This document shows positions 13,121 to 25,443 of a stretch of DNA of 64,000 nt, piece by piece. Origin of the DNA: Eledone cirrhosa (Eukaryota); contig OZ024744.1 of the NCBI GenBank assembly GCA_964016885.1, positions 66,340,001 through 66,404,000 of the forward strand, written 5' to 3'. Made by a program: the position numbers and the translations under genes. Position 1 is the stretch's first letter, and every line of letters starts with the position of its first letter. Below the pieces are notes generated by a model. That model worked only from the letters and a program-made list of their open reading frames with translations, made no database searches and was not told the DNA's origin.

Positions 13121-13322
13121 GGTTCCTCTCATTTATTTAGTGTTAGGATAACAAGAATAATATTTACTTTGAACTTGATGCACAAAAGATAGATATGGCC
13201 ACAAAAATCTCAGAATGCCTCCCTGGAAGTTAATAAAGAAGCAACTATCCAAATACCAAAACCTAAAATATTTCTACGAGACACGGGTTATTTTTTTTTT
13301 TTTTTATAATCACTCCACAAGG

Positions 13323-13620
13323 TGTCCGGGTGGCTGGGTGGTTGGGTGGTTGGGTGGCCGGGTGTCTGGGTGGCTGGGTGGTTGGGTGGCTGGGTGGTGG
13401 GGTGGCTGGGTGGTTGGGTGGCTGGGTGGTTGGGTGGCTGGGTGGTTGGGTGGCTGTGTGGTTGGGTGGCTGGGTGGCTGGGTGGCTGGGTGTCTGGGTG
13501 GCTGGGTTGCTTGGTGGCTGGGTGTCTGAGTGGCTGGGTGGCTGGGTAGTTGGGTGGCTGGGTGTCTGGGTGGCTGGGTGGCTGAGTGTCTGGGTGGCTG
13601 AGTGGCTGGTTGGGTGGGTA
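13323..13620 (+). repeat. G-rich 8-bp minisatellite (GGGTGGCT/GGGTGGTT)n
   Basis: Direct reading. Confidence 0.95.
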
Positions 13621-14072
13621 GGTGCTTCTTGCAGGGTGTACTTGTAGCATTTCAATGTGGCACTAGCACAAAAAAGTTTAACATGTCTGTGACACAGCTG
13701 AAGAGTCCTTCCAGCGTAGATAAAATTGAATTATCAAATATCAAAATTTTCTTTTTGAAAATACCATTTTTTTTTTAAATTACACTTCGCCATAAATATA
13801 TTGATGTTTGATAATAACAGAGTTTGTCTTGAATTTTAGTAATTCAATTGCATCAATTTTGACAATTGACCACATTTTATTACTGGTATTGTATCAACTG
13901 TGGAAGATAAGTCATAGCAAATTGACATCAGTACAGACCACATCAACTCTACAAGTTTAGGAAGGTCTCGAAAGGTCATGGTGCTACATTTCCTTTTCCT
14001 TCTCCTGCTTTCATTGATTTATCAAATGAATGCAAGCTTGATTAAGTGGTTAAAAAGTTAATTATAAAATCA

Positions 14073-14287
14073 TTAACCCTTAACCATTTATATTACACTA
14101 TATATACTACTGTATGTTTGTGGTAAAGGATTTATCTCACATAATATGAAATCTATGAGTTTTGATATTATTTATTTTGAGAACAAAACCTTAACATCAG
14201 TATAAACAACCAGTTACAGCCGGTTTGAACAGAAAGAGGTGAGAGAATTCTGGCCAGATACGGCCGGTTTAAATGCTAAAGGGTTAA
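14073..14287 (-). mobile_element. TTAA-flanked piggyBac-like MITE
   Basis: Reverse complement of the 2761-2989 family with TTAA at both ends. Confidence 0.8.
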
Positions 14288-14459
14288 GGTTCTGAATTTG
14301 GTCTCAGTTTGGCATTACAGTCAATTTTTTGGCGGAGGATGGACTGGATCTATAATTCAAAGAGCCAAGGTTTGTCATGCACTTTGTCATGCTGATTCTG
14401 TTTGAGAATTTACATTAAATAGCACATACATCTGTGGAATACTCAACCACTTACATATT

Positions 14460-14648
14460 AATTGTTTCTACTTTTGGCACAAATCCAGCAATTATACCAG
14501 TGCATTACTGGTATTTTATTTTATCGACCCTGTAAGGATGAAAGGCAAAGTTAACCTCAGTGGGTTTTGAACTCAAACAGTAAAGGGCCGTAACTCTATG
14601 CTGGAAACCATGGCGTCCAACCTTCTACCGATACTGCCAATCCAACAA
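14460..14648 (-). mobile_element. tRNA-headed SINE with Nin/Deu-like core
   Basis: Core GTTAACTTTGCCTTTCATCCTTAC.GGGTCGATAAAATAAA.TACCAG; further copies near 4650, 15475, 21520, 21950, 32716, 42930, 43110, 46515, 49075, 56198 and 59500. Confidence 0.75.
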
Positions 14649-16229
14649 TTACATATTAATGCAGGATGTTCTGTCAAGCAGTTGATTAAACTAAATGCTC
14701 ATCGCCAAAACTAAAAAAAGGTATCCATTAATGTTTTTCTTTTTAAAAATGGTCAGAGAAAAAAATGTACAAATTTGGAAAACAACAACAACAAAGAAAC
14801 AGGAAAGAATTCTCTGCATATTGTAAAATAAATAGAAACCAGGCGAAAAAAAAAAAAAGGTGCAGATGATCAAATTACTTGCATATTGATCAACTAATTG
14901 AGAGATCAGCAGTTAATATTCTGTGCCTGGTACTATTTGTATCTGTGGTCAAGACACTTAACTTTCAAACTGCCCATTCAACCAATTGGTAATAAATACT
15001 CACTGCTATAAGTAGATGGTACCACAGTGAGTTAGTGTCAGTTTAGATGTAGTTAAGTACGACAGTTAGAAATACTCTATTTAGCTGTAAGTAGGCACCA
15101 CACTGAAGTATCATTCACCAAACTGTAAGTAGGTAACCTATCTGTAAGTAGTTATTGTTTTGCCTCAGGGCAACCCCTTATTCAGCAACACCTATGATTA
15201 AAATCATTTCAGTCATGGCCATCCCACCTTTTTCCTGAGTGAAGGGAATCCAATGCGGGAACTCATTGTCAAATTGTATCTTTTTTTTTAAAGACAGCCT
15301 GGTATAATTTGAAAGAGATTTGGCAGCTATTTTTAGCAAGCATAATGACCACATATAGATCAACACACCTGAAACCATCATTCCACGATAAGAATTCATT
15401 GTTTTAAAATGTTCTCTCTCCCTCCTTTTCCGACCATTCTTCCGATCTTATGAGGTTATGATAATAATAATAATAATTGTTTCTACTTTTGGCACAAGGC
15501 CAGCAATTACCCAGTACATTACTGCTACTTTATTTTATCGACCCCGTAAGGATGAAAGGCAAAAGTTAACCTCGGCGGGATTTGAACTCAGAATGGAAAG
15601 GGCTGTAACTCTTTGCGCCAAAGCATAATAATAATGAAAATGATTATGTACTGTGCGCAGGTGCACTATAACTCATCAAAGGTGCATATATAGTACATAG
15701 AATAATGTACAAATGTCAGGAAAGTGAACAGTGTATGAGTCATGATATACACACAGACACATGTATGTGTGTGTGTATGGAGGGGGAACATCAGGTATAG
15801 TGTTGGCGAATTTTGGGAAGCATTGAAGCTGGAAGTTTTATATATTTTAATCTGACTTTGGCTGTTTTTACAAGTACTTCCGCATTTAAGATCCCTACAA
15901 TTTTGTGAAAATTCTTATACACACACATTGCTCCAATCCTTTTCAATTATGTTCTATTTAAATTAAAACCTTCCTCCTTAATTTTATATAAGGACATTTT
16001 TAATTAAGTTATACTACAAATACAGGATTAATAACAAAAGAGTTGATTGTTATAAACCCCTAAAAAATCAAAATAAATTGTAACATACAATAAACTGTAT
16101 ATTTTGATAGAAATATGTATATGGTCCTGAAAAAATGATTCATTGATTTAGAAATAGTTAAAAAAACTTCAAAAGAGTTTAAAGCTATACAGAAAACTGA
16201 GAAAGACATGGTTGAAAATACCAACACTT

Positions 16230-16400
16230 TTATGGAGAATAGGTTCGTGATTAAGCCTGTAGCAGTGGAGACTTCTGGCCCCTGGACCACATCTCAACTC
16301 ACTGCTATTGGAGCAGAGCTGGCTACCTGCATATGCGAATCCCATGAGATGGAGTTGCTGTTCCAGCACATCTCCCTTGCAATTCTCTGGGAGTAAGGTC
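16230..16400 (+). pseudogene. C-terminal restriction-like endonuclease region of a CRE-type non-LTR retrotransposon (fragment)
   Basis: KPVAVETSGPW...IG..L....E..E...LFQHISLAI resembles the FxPxAVETxGxW...LxQRxSxAxxRGN signature. Confidence 0.65.
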
Positions 16401-16899
16401 TTCTCTGTTCGTCATCCTGTCAGCTGTCAGGACCATGAGGGAGACTGACTCTTAAGTTTCTTCTATGATGGTGGCATGTTGAATAAATTTACTTAAGCTT
16501 TAGTAACATAGTAAAACCTTCAGGAATGTTTGTCCAGTGCACCAAGTGTAATACCATAAGCCAGAGCCAGTCAGATGAATAATTTTGATATATCCAAAGG
16601 ATGTGTAAATAAAAAAAAAATAAAAGAGAAAAAGAAATTGCTTTCAAAGCTTTTAAAAGAAGGAAAAAGAAACATTAAAAAAACTATGAGTTTATGAACA
16701 ATAAACTTTTTGTAAACAATAAAACATGTCAACAGTGTTTCTGGACAATAAACTCTTAATGAACAACAAAGTGTTTATGGTCAATAAATTGTTTATAGAT
16801 GATCAATTATCTGTCGACAATAAACTGTTTATTGATTAAAGGTATTTATGGACAACTGCTGATAATAAACAGATCATTAATATTGAACTGTTTATTGAT

Positions 16900-18162
16900 A
16901 ATAAACTGTTTATGGGCAATAACCTTAATAATAAACTGTTTATGGATAATAACCTTAATATGAAACTGTTTGTTGATAATAAACTGTTTATGGGCAATAA
17001 CCTTAATAATAAACTGTTTATGGATAATAACCTTAATATGAAACTGTTTGTTGATAATAAACTGTTTATGGACAATAACCTTAATAATAAACTGTTTATG
17101 GACAATAACCTTAATAATAAACTGTTTATGGGCAAGCTTAATAATAAACTGTTTATGGACAATAACCTTAATAATAAACTGTTTATTGATAATAACCTTA
17201 ATAATAAACTGTTTATGGACAATAAGCTTAATAATAAACTGTTTATGGACAATAACCTTAATAATAAACTGTTTATTGATAATAACCTTAATAATAAACT
17301 GTTTATGGACAATAAGCTTAATAATAAACTGTCTATTGATAATAACCTTAATAATAAACTGTTTATGGACAATAACCTTAATAATAAACTGTTTATGGAC
17401 AATAACCTTAATAATAAACTGTTTATTGATAATAACCTTAATAATAAACTGTTTATTGACAATAACCTTAATAATAAACTGTTTATGGACAATAAGCTTA
17501 ATAATAAACTGTCTATTGATAATAACCTTAATAATAAACTGTTTATGGACAATAACCTTAATAATAAACTGTTTATGGACAATAAGCTTAATAATAAACT
17601 GTTTATTGATAATAAGCTTAATAATAAACTGTTTATTGATAATAACCTTAATAATAAACTGTTTATGGACAATAACCTTAATAATAAACTGTTTATTGAT
17701 AATAACCTTAATAATAAACTGTTTATGGACAATAAGCTTAATAATAAACTGTTTATTGATAATAACCTTAATAATAAACTGTTTATGGACAATAACCTTA
17801 ATAATAAACTGTTTATTGATAATAACCTTAATAATAAACTGTTTATGGACAATAAGCTTAATAATAAACTGTTTATTGATAATAACCTTAATAATAAACT
17901 GTTTATGGACAATAAGCTTAATAATAAACTGTTTATTGATAATAACCTTAATAATAAACTGTTTATGGACAATAAGCTTAATAATAAACTGTTTATGGAC
18001 AATAACCTTAATAATAAACTGTTTATGGACAATAACCTTAATAATAAACTGTTTATGGACAATAAGCTTAATAATAAACTGTTTATTGATAATAACCTTA
18101 ATAATAAACTGTTTATTGATAATAACCTTAATAATAAACTGTTTATGGACAATAAGCTTAAT
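16900..18162 (+). repeat. 30-bp minisatellite, about 40 units, grading from an older 18-bp unit
   Basis: Unit AATAA(C/G)CTTAATAATAAACTGTTTAT(GGAC/TGAT); degenerate AATAAACTGTTTATGGAC-like units from about 16690. Confidence 0.95.
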
Positions 18163-18204
18163 GTCAGTGTTGAACAAATGAGCAACGATGGTTGCTAGAC
18201 ACTA

Positions 18205-18425
18205 CGGTTTAATTCGGGATGTTTGTTTACAAACACACCAAGCATTATAATAAATGTTTGGTGAATCCATACGTACATATATATATGTGTGCATGTTTGT
18301 GTATATATATATACATACTACTGTACGTCTGTATACATATATGTATGTACGTGTACATACTTATATTTAAGTAACAGCCGTACTAAGAGTGGGAAATGAA
18401 ATTTTGTTTCATTTTTTCCGTTTAT
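18205..18425. repeat. Fragment of the 38.6-39.2 kb hammerhead-associated repeat family
   Basis: CTACTGTACGTCTGTATACATATATGTATGTACG...TACTAAGAGTG.GAAATGAAATTT matches 39107-39210. Confidence 0.75.
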
Positions 18426-18548
18426 ATATATATCATATATATGTATATCATAAATATATATATATATCATATATATATATATAAATATATATATATATAT
18501 CATATATATGTATATCATAAATATGTATATCATAAATATATATATATC

Positions 18549-18584
<36 letters not shown>

Positions 18585-18723
18585 TATATATGTATATCAT
18601 AAATATATATATATATATATCATATATATATATATAAATATATATATATTGTTATACTTGGGGAGGGTTATATGTGTGTAATATTGCCACAATTAATAAC
18701 CTTATATATATATATATATATAA

Positions 18724-18797
<74 letters not shown>

Positions 18798-19949
18798 TAT
18801 ATTAAGACCCAATGAAGGTGCTTCTACATGGTTGTTCGACCTGCAAGAAATAACAGCCAAATCTCCACTAAATCACATCCTACTGTCTTAAACAAGGAAC
18901 AGCTGCAACAACAACAACAAGAGCCACTGCTGCTGCCACTCTCCACCCCCAATTAACTGGCATGCCACCCATTACAACCATGAGCATTCCAGTTGGTACG
19001 ATCAATCAATGAAACAGCCTGCTCAAGACTTGTTTTTTCAAGTTGGCCTAGATGAGAGGATTACAAGCTATATGCTGTGTGCCTGGAAGAGGAAAGAGGG
19101 GAGAGACAACTCTCCATGGGAGAGGAAGTGCCATGTCATGGGGTGGCCTTGAAACAAGTGAGGGGGGGGGTCTAACATATTACGGGATGTCCCGTCCCTA
19201 ACTTTCTGAGTTGAATACACAGGATAGTTTACTTGTAGATATAAGATGGAATGGTCATGGGTGGGATGGTATGGTCTGCTTGCTTACAACTGACAGGATT
19301 TAACAGCAACAAAATTATTACTAGTGATGTTTAAGTGTGTAATTAGGCTAATTCTTTCTTCTTTTTTTTATATATATATATCTAAATATGATTTCTTTTT
19401 TATAGTAATTATACATAAAAAAATATTTTTATTTTTTCTATATTGAAGAAAGACCACCAAAACAAACAAACAAACAAATAAAGACAAATAACTAAAAATA
19501 GGAGTGCTCAGGGTGAAGTTGGTGGTGGAAAATGATTCAAAATTATTGAGGAATAAACTATACTGATGTATAATCAATTGAAACCAGCTAATTATATTAA
19601 GATAACCAACAACTGGAAGACTTGATAAAATACCAAATATATTTTCTTATTGATGTTAAATTATATATATATATTCTACTTTTTGTTTTCATGCTTGGAA
19701 AGAACGATTGGGATGGTTTATTTGCTTGAGCAATTGTTTTTAACAGATGGATGCCATTTGCATCAATAACTTTTGAACTGTGAAGTAGGAATTAAAACTT
19801 GTTTCAGATCAATCAGGCATAACAGAGTTCTCTGCCTTGATCAGACATGCATGCACACATTCATACATACATACACACACAACTAACACAATGGCTGTAG
19901 CAAAAGTAAGGCTTGAATTTATGACAGCAAGATCAGTAGCCTGGCATCT

Positions 19950-20950
19950 TTAACCCTTAAGCATTTAAACTGGCTGTATCTGGCCAGAATTCTCTCACCT
20001 CTTTCTGTTCAAACAGGCTGTAACTGGCCACTCAAATGGATGGTAAGGTATTGTTCTCAAAATAAATAATATCAAAATCTCATAGATTCAATGTGAGATA
20101 TATAATAGTATATAAAGAGTAATGTAAATGCTAAAGGGTTAACTTTACAGCCATCATACCTATTCTGACCGAACATTTGACAAGATCACACAAAAATTGT
20201 TTCACTGCTATTTAGAGAAAACCAGCAATTTAGAGAAGGCAGCAGAATACATTTAATGCTTTTGCATTTAAACCAACCATTTCTGGCCAGAGTTTGATCA
20301 CCTCTTTGTGTTTAAACTGGCTGTAACTGGCCACTCATACTAACATTAAGGTATTGTTGTCAAAATAAATAATATCAAAATCACATAGATTTGATATTAT
20401 GTGAGATAAAGCATTTACCATGAAAATACAATAGTTTATATAGAGTAATGTAAATGTTAAAGAAGTAATCCTGTTGACACCAAGTTGCCAGAAACTGAAT
20501 CTGGTTCTAGGAAACAAAACCACTCATTTTACAGAGTTCCTATTTTAAATTAAAATCTTGTAACATAATTTATATAATAACCGTCTTAATAATGAAATGC
20601 CTCAAAAACTGTTATTAATCATTTAAATAGAGTGCATGTTATTAGAGACATGGTAACAAAAGAGTTAAAAAAATTTGCTCAAGATGTCACATAAAGGGAG
20701 TCAACTCAAAACTACTTGGTTGTAAAATGCACTCCTTAACCCTTTAGTATTTACATTACTCTATATTTACTATTGTATTTTCTTGGTAAAGGTTTTATCT
20801 CATATATCTCACATATTATCGAATCTATGAGATTTTGATGCTATTTATTTTTAGAACAATGCCTTAACATCAGTATGAGTGGCCAGTTATGACCAGGTTG
20901 AACAGAAAGAAGTGAGAGAATTATGGCTGGCTTAAATGCTAAAGAGTTAA
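19950..20950. mobile_element. Cluster of three piggyBac-like MITEs (19950-20142 +, 20253-20461 +, 20736-20950 -)
   Basis: Same internal sequence and TTAA/CCCTTTAG ends as 2761-2989. Confidence 0.75.
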
Positions 20951-21400
20951 ACACATAGCTATGTCTTCATAAATCGATGTTATTTATGAAAACATTTAAA
21001 AACTATTTTCTGAATCATATCTTGTCCCTATCTTGTTGGTGGTGTTACAGCTCACACATATGTAGGTTTAACTGGCACCCTGCAAGGTTGCGTCTCATTG
21101 GAGTTTTCTTGGTTGTGTTAATGATAGGGCTCCCAGTAATGTAATTCTCTGAATAATGCCTTTAAACCCCCAACAATAAAATAACATAAGTGACTAACAG
21201 AAATGAATGAACATATGCCCACACACACAGAGTAAGAAGTACATTAGTAGCCTAAGTCTATGACAAAGTTATATCTGTATACATACAGAGTGGGAAACTG
21301 AGACTGCACCAACATGTATAAATATATATACATATCTGATGTTTAAGCATGTAAACATGCCAGAAGACACACATTTCCCCATCAATTGAACAAATAATAA

Positions 21401-21449
21401 ACATTTATAATCGATTCTCGGATCTTATTGGACTCTCATCAGAAGATGT
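21401..21449 (-). ncRNA. Degenerate hammerhead ribozyme motif
   Basis: Minus strand: ACAUCUU CUGAUGA GAGUC-CAAUAA-GAUCC GAGA AUCGAU UA UAAAUGU; GAAA mutated to GAGA and stems mismatched. Confidence 0.4.
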
Positions 21450-22459
21450 GTCTGTCATCCAATCAACCACAAGGAAACATTATTTACAAATTAGTATGTC
21501 CATTATTTGGTACAGTGTGGTGGATTGGCAGTGTGGTGGATTGGTAGAGTGTTGGAAAACTTGCTTTGCAGCATATATTTATGGCCCTTTATGTTCTGAA
21601 TTTAAATCCTGTTGAGGTGAGGTTTGCTTTGCCCTTCATCCTTACAGGGTCGAATAAATAAAGCACCAGTAACGGACTGGAGTTAATTTACCCCCCTCCC
21701 CCACCCAATTGCTGGCTTTGTAGCAGAAACCATTAAGAGCTGTGGATTGATAGAATCGGTAGAGCGTCGGACAACTTGCTTTGTAGCATAGAGTTTCTTT
21801 CATATATCTAGTTGAGAAACAACTAGAACCACGTACACACATATAATAATAAATAGGTTGAATGAATATAAATAGTTCGAATAAATATAAAGTGCCAGTA
21901 ATGTACTGGGGTCAATTTAATTGTTGTCTTTCTGCCTAAATTAGAAACCACCCGCCAAGGTTAACTTTGCCTTTCATCCTTACAGGGGTCAATAAAATAA
22001 AGTACCAGTAATACACTGCGGATAATTGCTGGCCTTGTGCCAAAAGTATAAAACAATTATTTAGTAGATTGTTAGAATATCCAACCAAGATATTATGCTG
22101 CAGTTTAATGTTTAACATTGTTGAGTAATGCGAATGCTTGCAACAAAGAGATGAGATGAGGAATAGTAAAGTGTGAGAAAATTACAGTTTGAAATGACAA
22201 AGCAATTAAATCACTGTAAAATGGGAAAAGAATATAAACATTTGAGAGTTGTGCAGCTATTATGAAGTGAAAGAATACGGTTGGTAATATCGACAAGAGA
22301 AGGAGCATCTCTAAAGGCATCAACAGCTGGCCAATGCCAATATTAAGATTTGTCAGTAGAAGAAAAGCAAACTCAATATAGATGACAGGTGCACCAGTAA
22401 GCTTCTAACGAGGTGCAATTGAAGAACTGCATTCACAGAACAGTGTTGGTAAATTGTAT

Positions 22460-22521
<62 letters not shown>

Positions 22522-22959
22522 ACAATATACACCTCCTTAGAAGCTTACTGGTGCACCTGTCATCTATATTGAGCATTTAATTAAGCATACACTATATATA
22601 CATTCATATATATATCGCTATTTCGGAGCACCAATTCTAATTTTCAATTTCTGCTTGACCGGCAACCGCTCTGTTATAATCAGTTACTGATTATTACTAG
22701 AATTCTATAAGAATCAAACATTCATGATTTTCAGCAGACAGGTGGAGTACTTAGCTTTGATAAGTACCAAAAAGAGCTCTGTCAGCTTTATCTCCCCTTG
22801 TTTGCTGAAAATTTAAAGTGAGACTGTCACTACTCTAAAACAATAGCGTAAGGTCTTCGAAATGCTTTTAATTAAGCATACAGTATATTGCAAAATACAC
22901 TGTATATACATTCATATATATATCGCTATTTCAGAGCACCAATTCTAATATATATATAT

Positions 22960-23260
22960 ATATTGAAAAGATAACAAGGACGATTGGTTACTCCTTCATT
23001 ACATTTATTGATATGTGACACGCGTTTCACCACTGATCAGCTCAAGGTTCGATCTGTATCGATCTTACCTGACTCTATAATCCGCAGCTCGATGGACCCT
23101 TTCTACTAGCATTTTAAGGGGTCCGTCGAGCTGCAGATTACAGAGTCGGGTAAGATCGATACAGATCGAAGCTTGAGCTGATCAGTGGTGAAATGTGCGT
23201 CACCTACCAATAAATGTAATGAAGGAGTAACCAATCGTCCTTGTTATCCTTTCAATATAT
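22960..23260. repeat. Long fold-back inverted repeat (~140-bp arms, ~14-nt spacer)
   Basis: 22960-23101 is the reverse complement of 23116-23258 with scattered transitions. Confidence 0.95.
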
Positions 23261-23358
23261 TACACTCTGTATAGCTCTACACCTCGACACAGAAGTGAAC
23301 CTAAACATCGAGTGCTCACCCGGGTGAACCTACAGTAACTCCAAGTTACACTCCCTAG

Positions 23359-23384
<26 letters not shown>

Positions 23385-23393
<9 letters not shown>

Positions 23394-24090
23394 AAGACGA
23401 AGTTTTCTGTATGCGTGTGTGGACAATTTTTAATGAGGGCTCATATATTCTAAACCATTCATGCGATTTCTTTGAAATTTTTTACATAGCTTCTCCTTGC
23501 ACAAAACCTGTACATGATCTACAAAGGCTTTCAAAAATCGATATTGGGGCCTTTGGAGACATTAAAAAAGTTACAGTTATTTGTGTCAATTTTTGTGATT
23601 AAGTAAGACTAGAGTTATCTTTAAGTAAGATAAGAGTTATCTTTCGTAATTCGGCTCATTCGGATTTTAATTTACTCTTTGTACTTGAAACAAAAGGTAC
23701 GCTTCCTTGAGACTAATAATATCATTTTGTATATTTCACAACCAGCAATTTCTAACAGATTACTAAGTTAAGTTATAGATTTGACATTGTATAATTTATC
23801 GTTTCAAGCTTGATGTTCATACATTAAGTGATGTCATAACTTTTACAATATTATGCTTTGTACATAATAGTGTCTATTATTCACTTCACTTCTCTATTTC
23901 ATGATGCGCTTTTACTGTTGTCAAAAAAATTTATACCTAGACTGGATTTCTGTTGTTACACGGATGACACCGAGCTCACATATTAATTATTTCACTGGAA
24001 TAGTACTATGTATTCAAATTTACTTTGTTTAGTTTAATGAGCTACATCGAAAGCTACTTGAACCGTCCAAAGCACGGGTAGTTTAGCTAG
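23385..24090 (+). mobile_element. Non-autonomous Helitron
   Basis: Starts TATATATATAAAGACG and ends CCGTCCAAAGCACGGG..CTAG-T. Confidence 0.65.
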
Positions 24091-24119
24091 TATATATATA
24101 TATATATGTATATAACTTA

Positions 24120-25412
24120 ACTTTGATAACTTTGATAGGTTTCGGCCATGACTAATTTAATAGCACCACCTGGCAAAGTCTTACAAATCAGGATTTGGGC
24201 CACATGGCCCACTCGAACAGAGAGTTATTGTTTAAGGAGGCATATCCGGGTGTAGGAGGCTTATCCGGGATTTCTTGAAAGAATTTGTCCAAAGACTTCT
24301 TGAACTTGATGGAGTCTGTTTCTGTTTTGATGTGTTTTGGTGTAATGTTAAAGAGAGCAGGGCCAATTGAAGTGAAATAATTGTGCCGTATTGTTGTAAT
24401 GTGATGTGAGTGAGATTTTTGTCGTGGGTGGATAGCACGGGGCCGAAGCCTTGGGTGTACACTAAAGGTGATGCCAACATTATTTGGGCAAAGCTGATGG
24501 AATATTTTCCACATCATGCAGATAATGTAGCGCCCATGGTGACGTTGGAGAGAATAAAGGTTGAGTTTTTCTAATTGACTCCAATAGTCAAGGCCTGTCA
24601 TGCCATCTATCTTTTTTGTAATCTACCTTTGGGGTGCTTCAACTTTCCTGATACTTTGTTTCGTGTGGGGAGACCACAGTGGACAACAGTATTCAAGGTG
24701 GGGTCGGGCAAAAGTGGAGAAGAGAAGGATAACAGTGTGGATATCTCTCAACTGGAAGGTTCTGAGAATCAAGGAATACATTCTGCGGGCCATATCAACT
24801 TTGCTGTTTATATGAGTGGCCCAGCTTATGTTGTTGTCCACAATTACTCCCAGGTCTCTGATGTTATTGGATGCCACTAGAGTTTCACCCGAAGGAAGAG
24901 AGTATGGTAGTTTCAGGACATCCTTTTATCCAAAGTGGATTAATTCAAACTTATCCTCATTCAACAGCATATTATTCATCTCTGCCCATTGGATAACAGC
25001 CAGTAGGTCTGACTGAAGGCAAGTCCGGTCACCCACCTCATTGATGACCCTTTGGAGCTTGGAATCATCTGCGAAGATTCTTATGTTGCTGTGCTTGATG
25101 ATGTCAGTAATGTCATTAATGTAGATGATGAAAAGAAGTGGGCCCAACACTTTGGCAGGGCTTGATTTTACTCCTTCGACTACAACATGTTGGGTTCTGT
25201 CTGTCAGGAAACATTTGGATCAACTGTAGTAACCTTCCAGAGACACCAATATTGGATAGTTTTTTCAGTAGAATCTTATGATCAACCCTGTGAAAGGTCT
25301 TGCTGAAATCAAGGTAGATGACATCAGTGTTGGAGCTCTCTCCCAAGGCTCTCAAAACATCATCGAAGTGATGCAGGACCTGCGTTAGGCAGTCCCTTCC
25401 ATTACGGAACCG
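24120..25412 (-). pseudogene. CR1-group LINE ORF2 (reverse transcriptase and C-terminus), 5'-truncated and frameshifted
   Basis: DVIYLDFSKTFHRVDH, LGPLLFIIYIND, IFADDSKL, DLGVIVD, RPHLEYCCPLWSP. Confidence 0.9.
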
Positions 25413-25443
25413 ATGTATATATATATATGTGTGTAGATAGATA

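Noticed and set aside
13215-13655. GW-rich and HPATQPP repeat ORFs
   Set aside because: Products of an 8-bp G-rich repeat, with no coding evidence.
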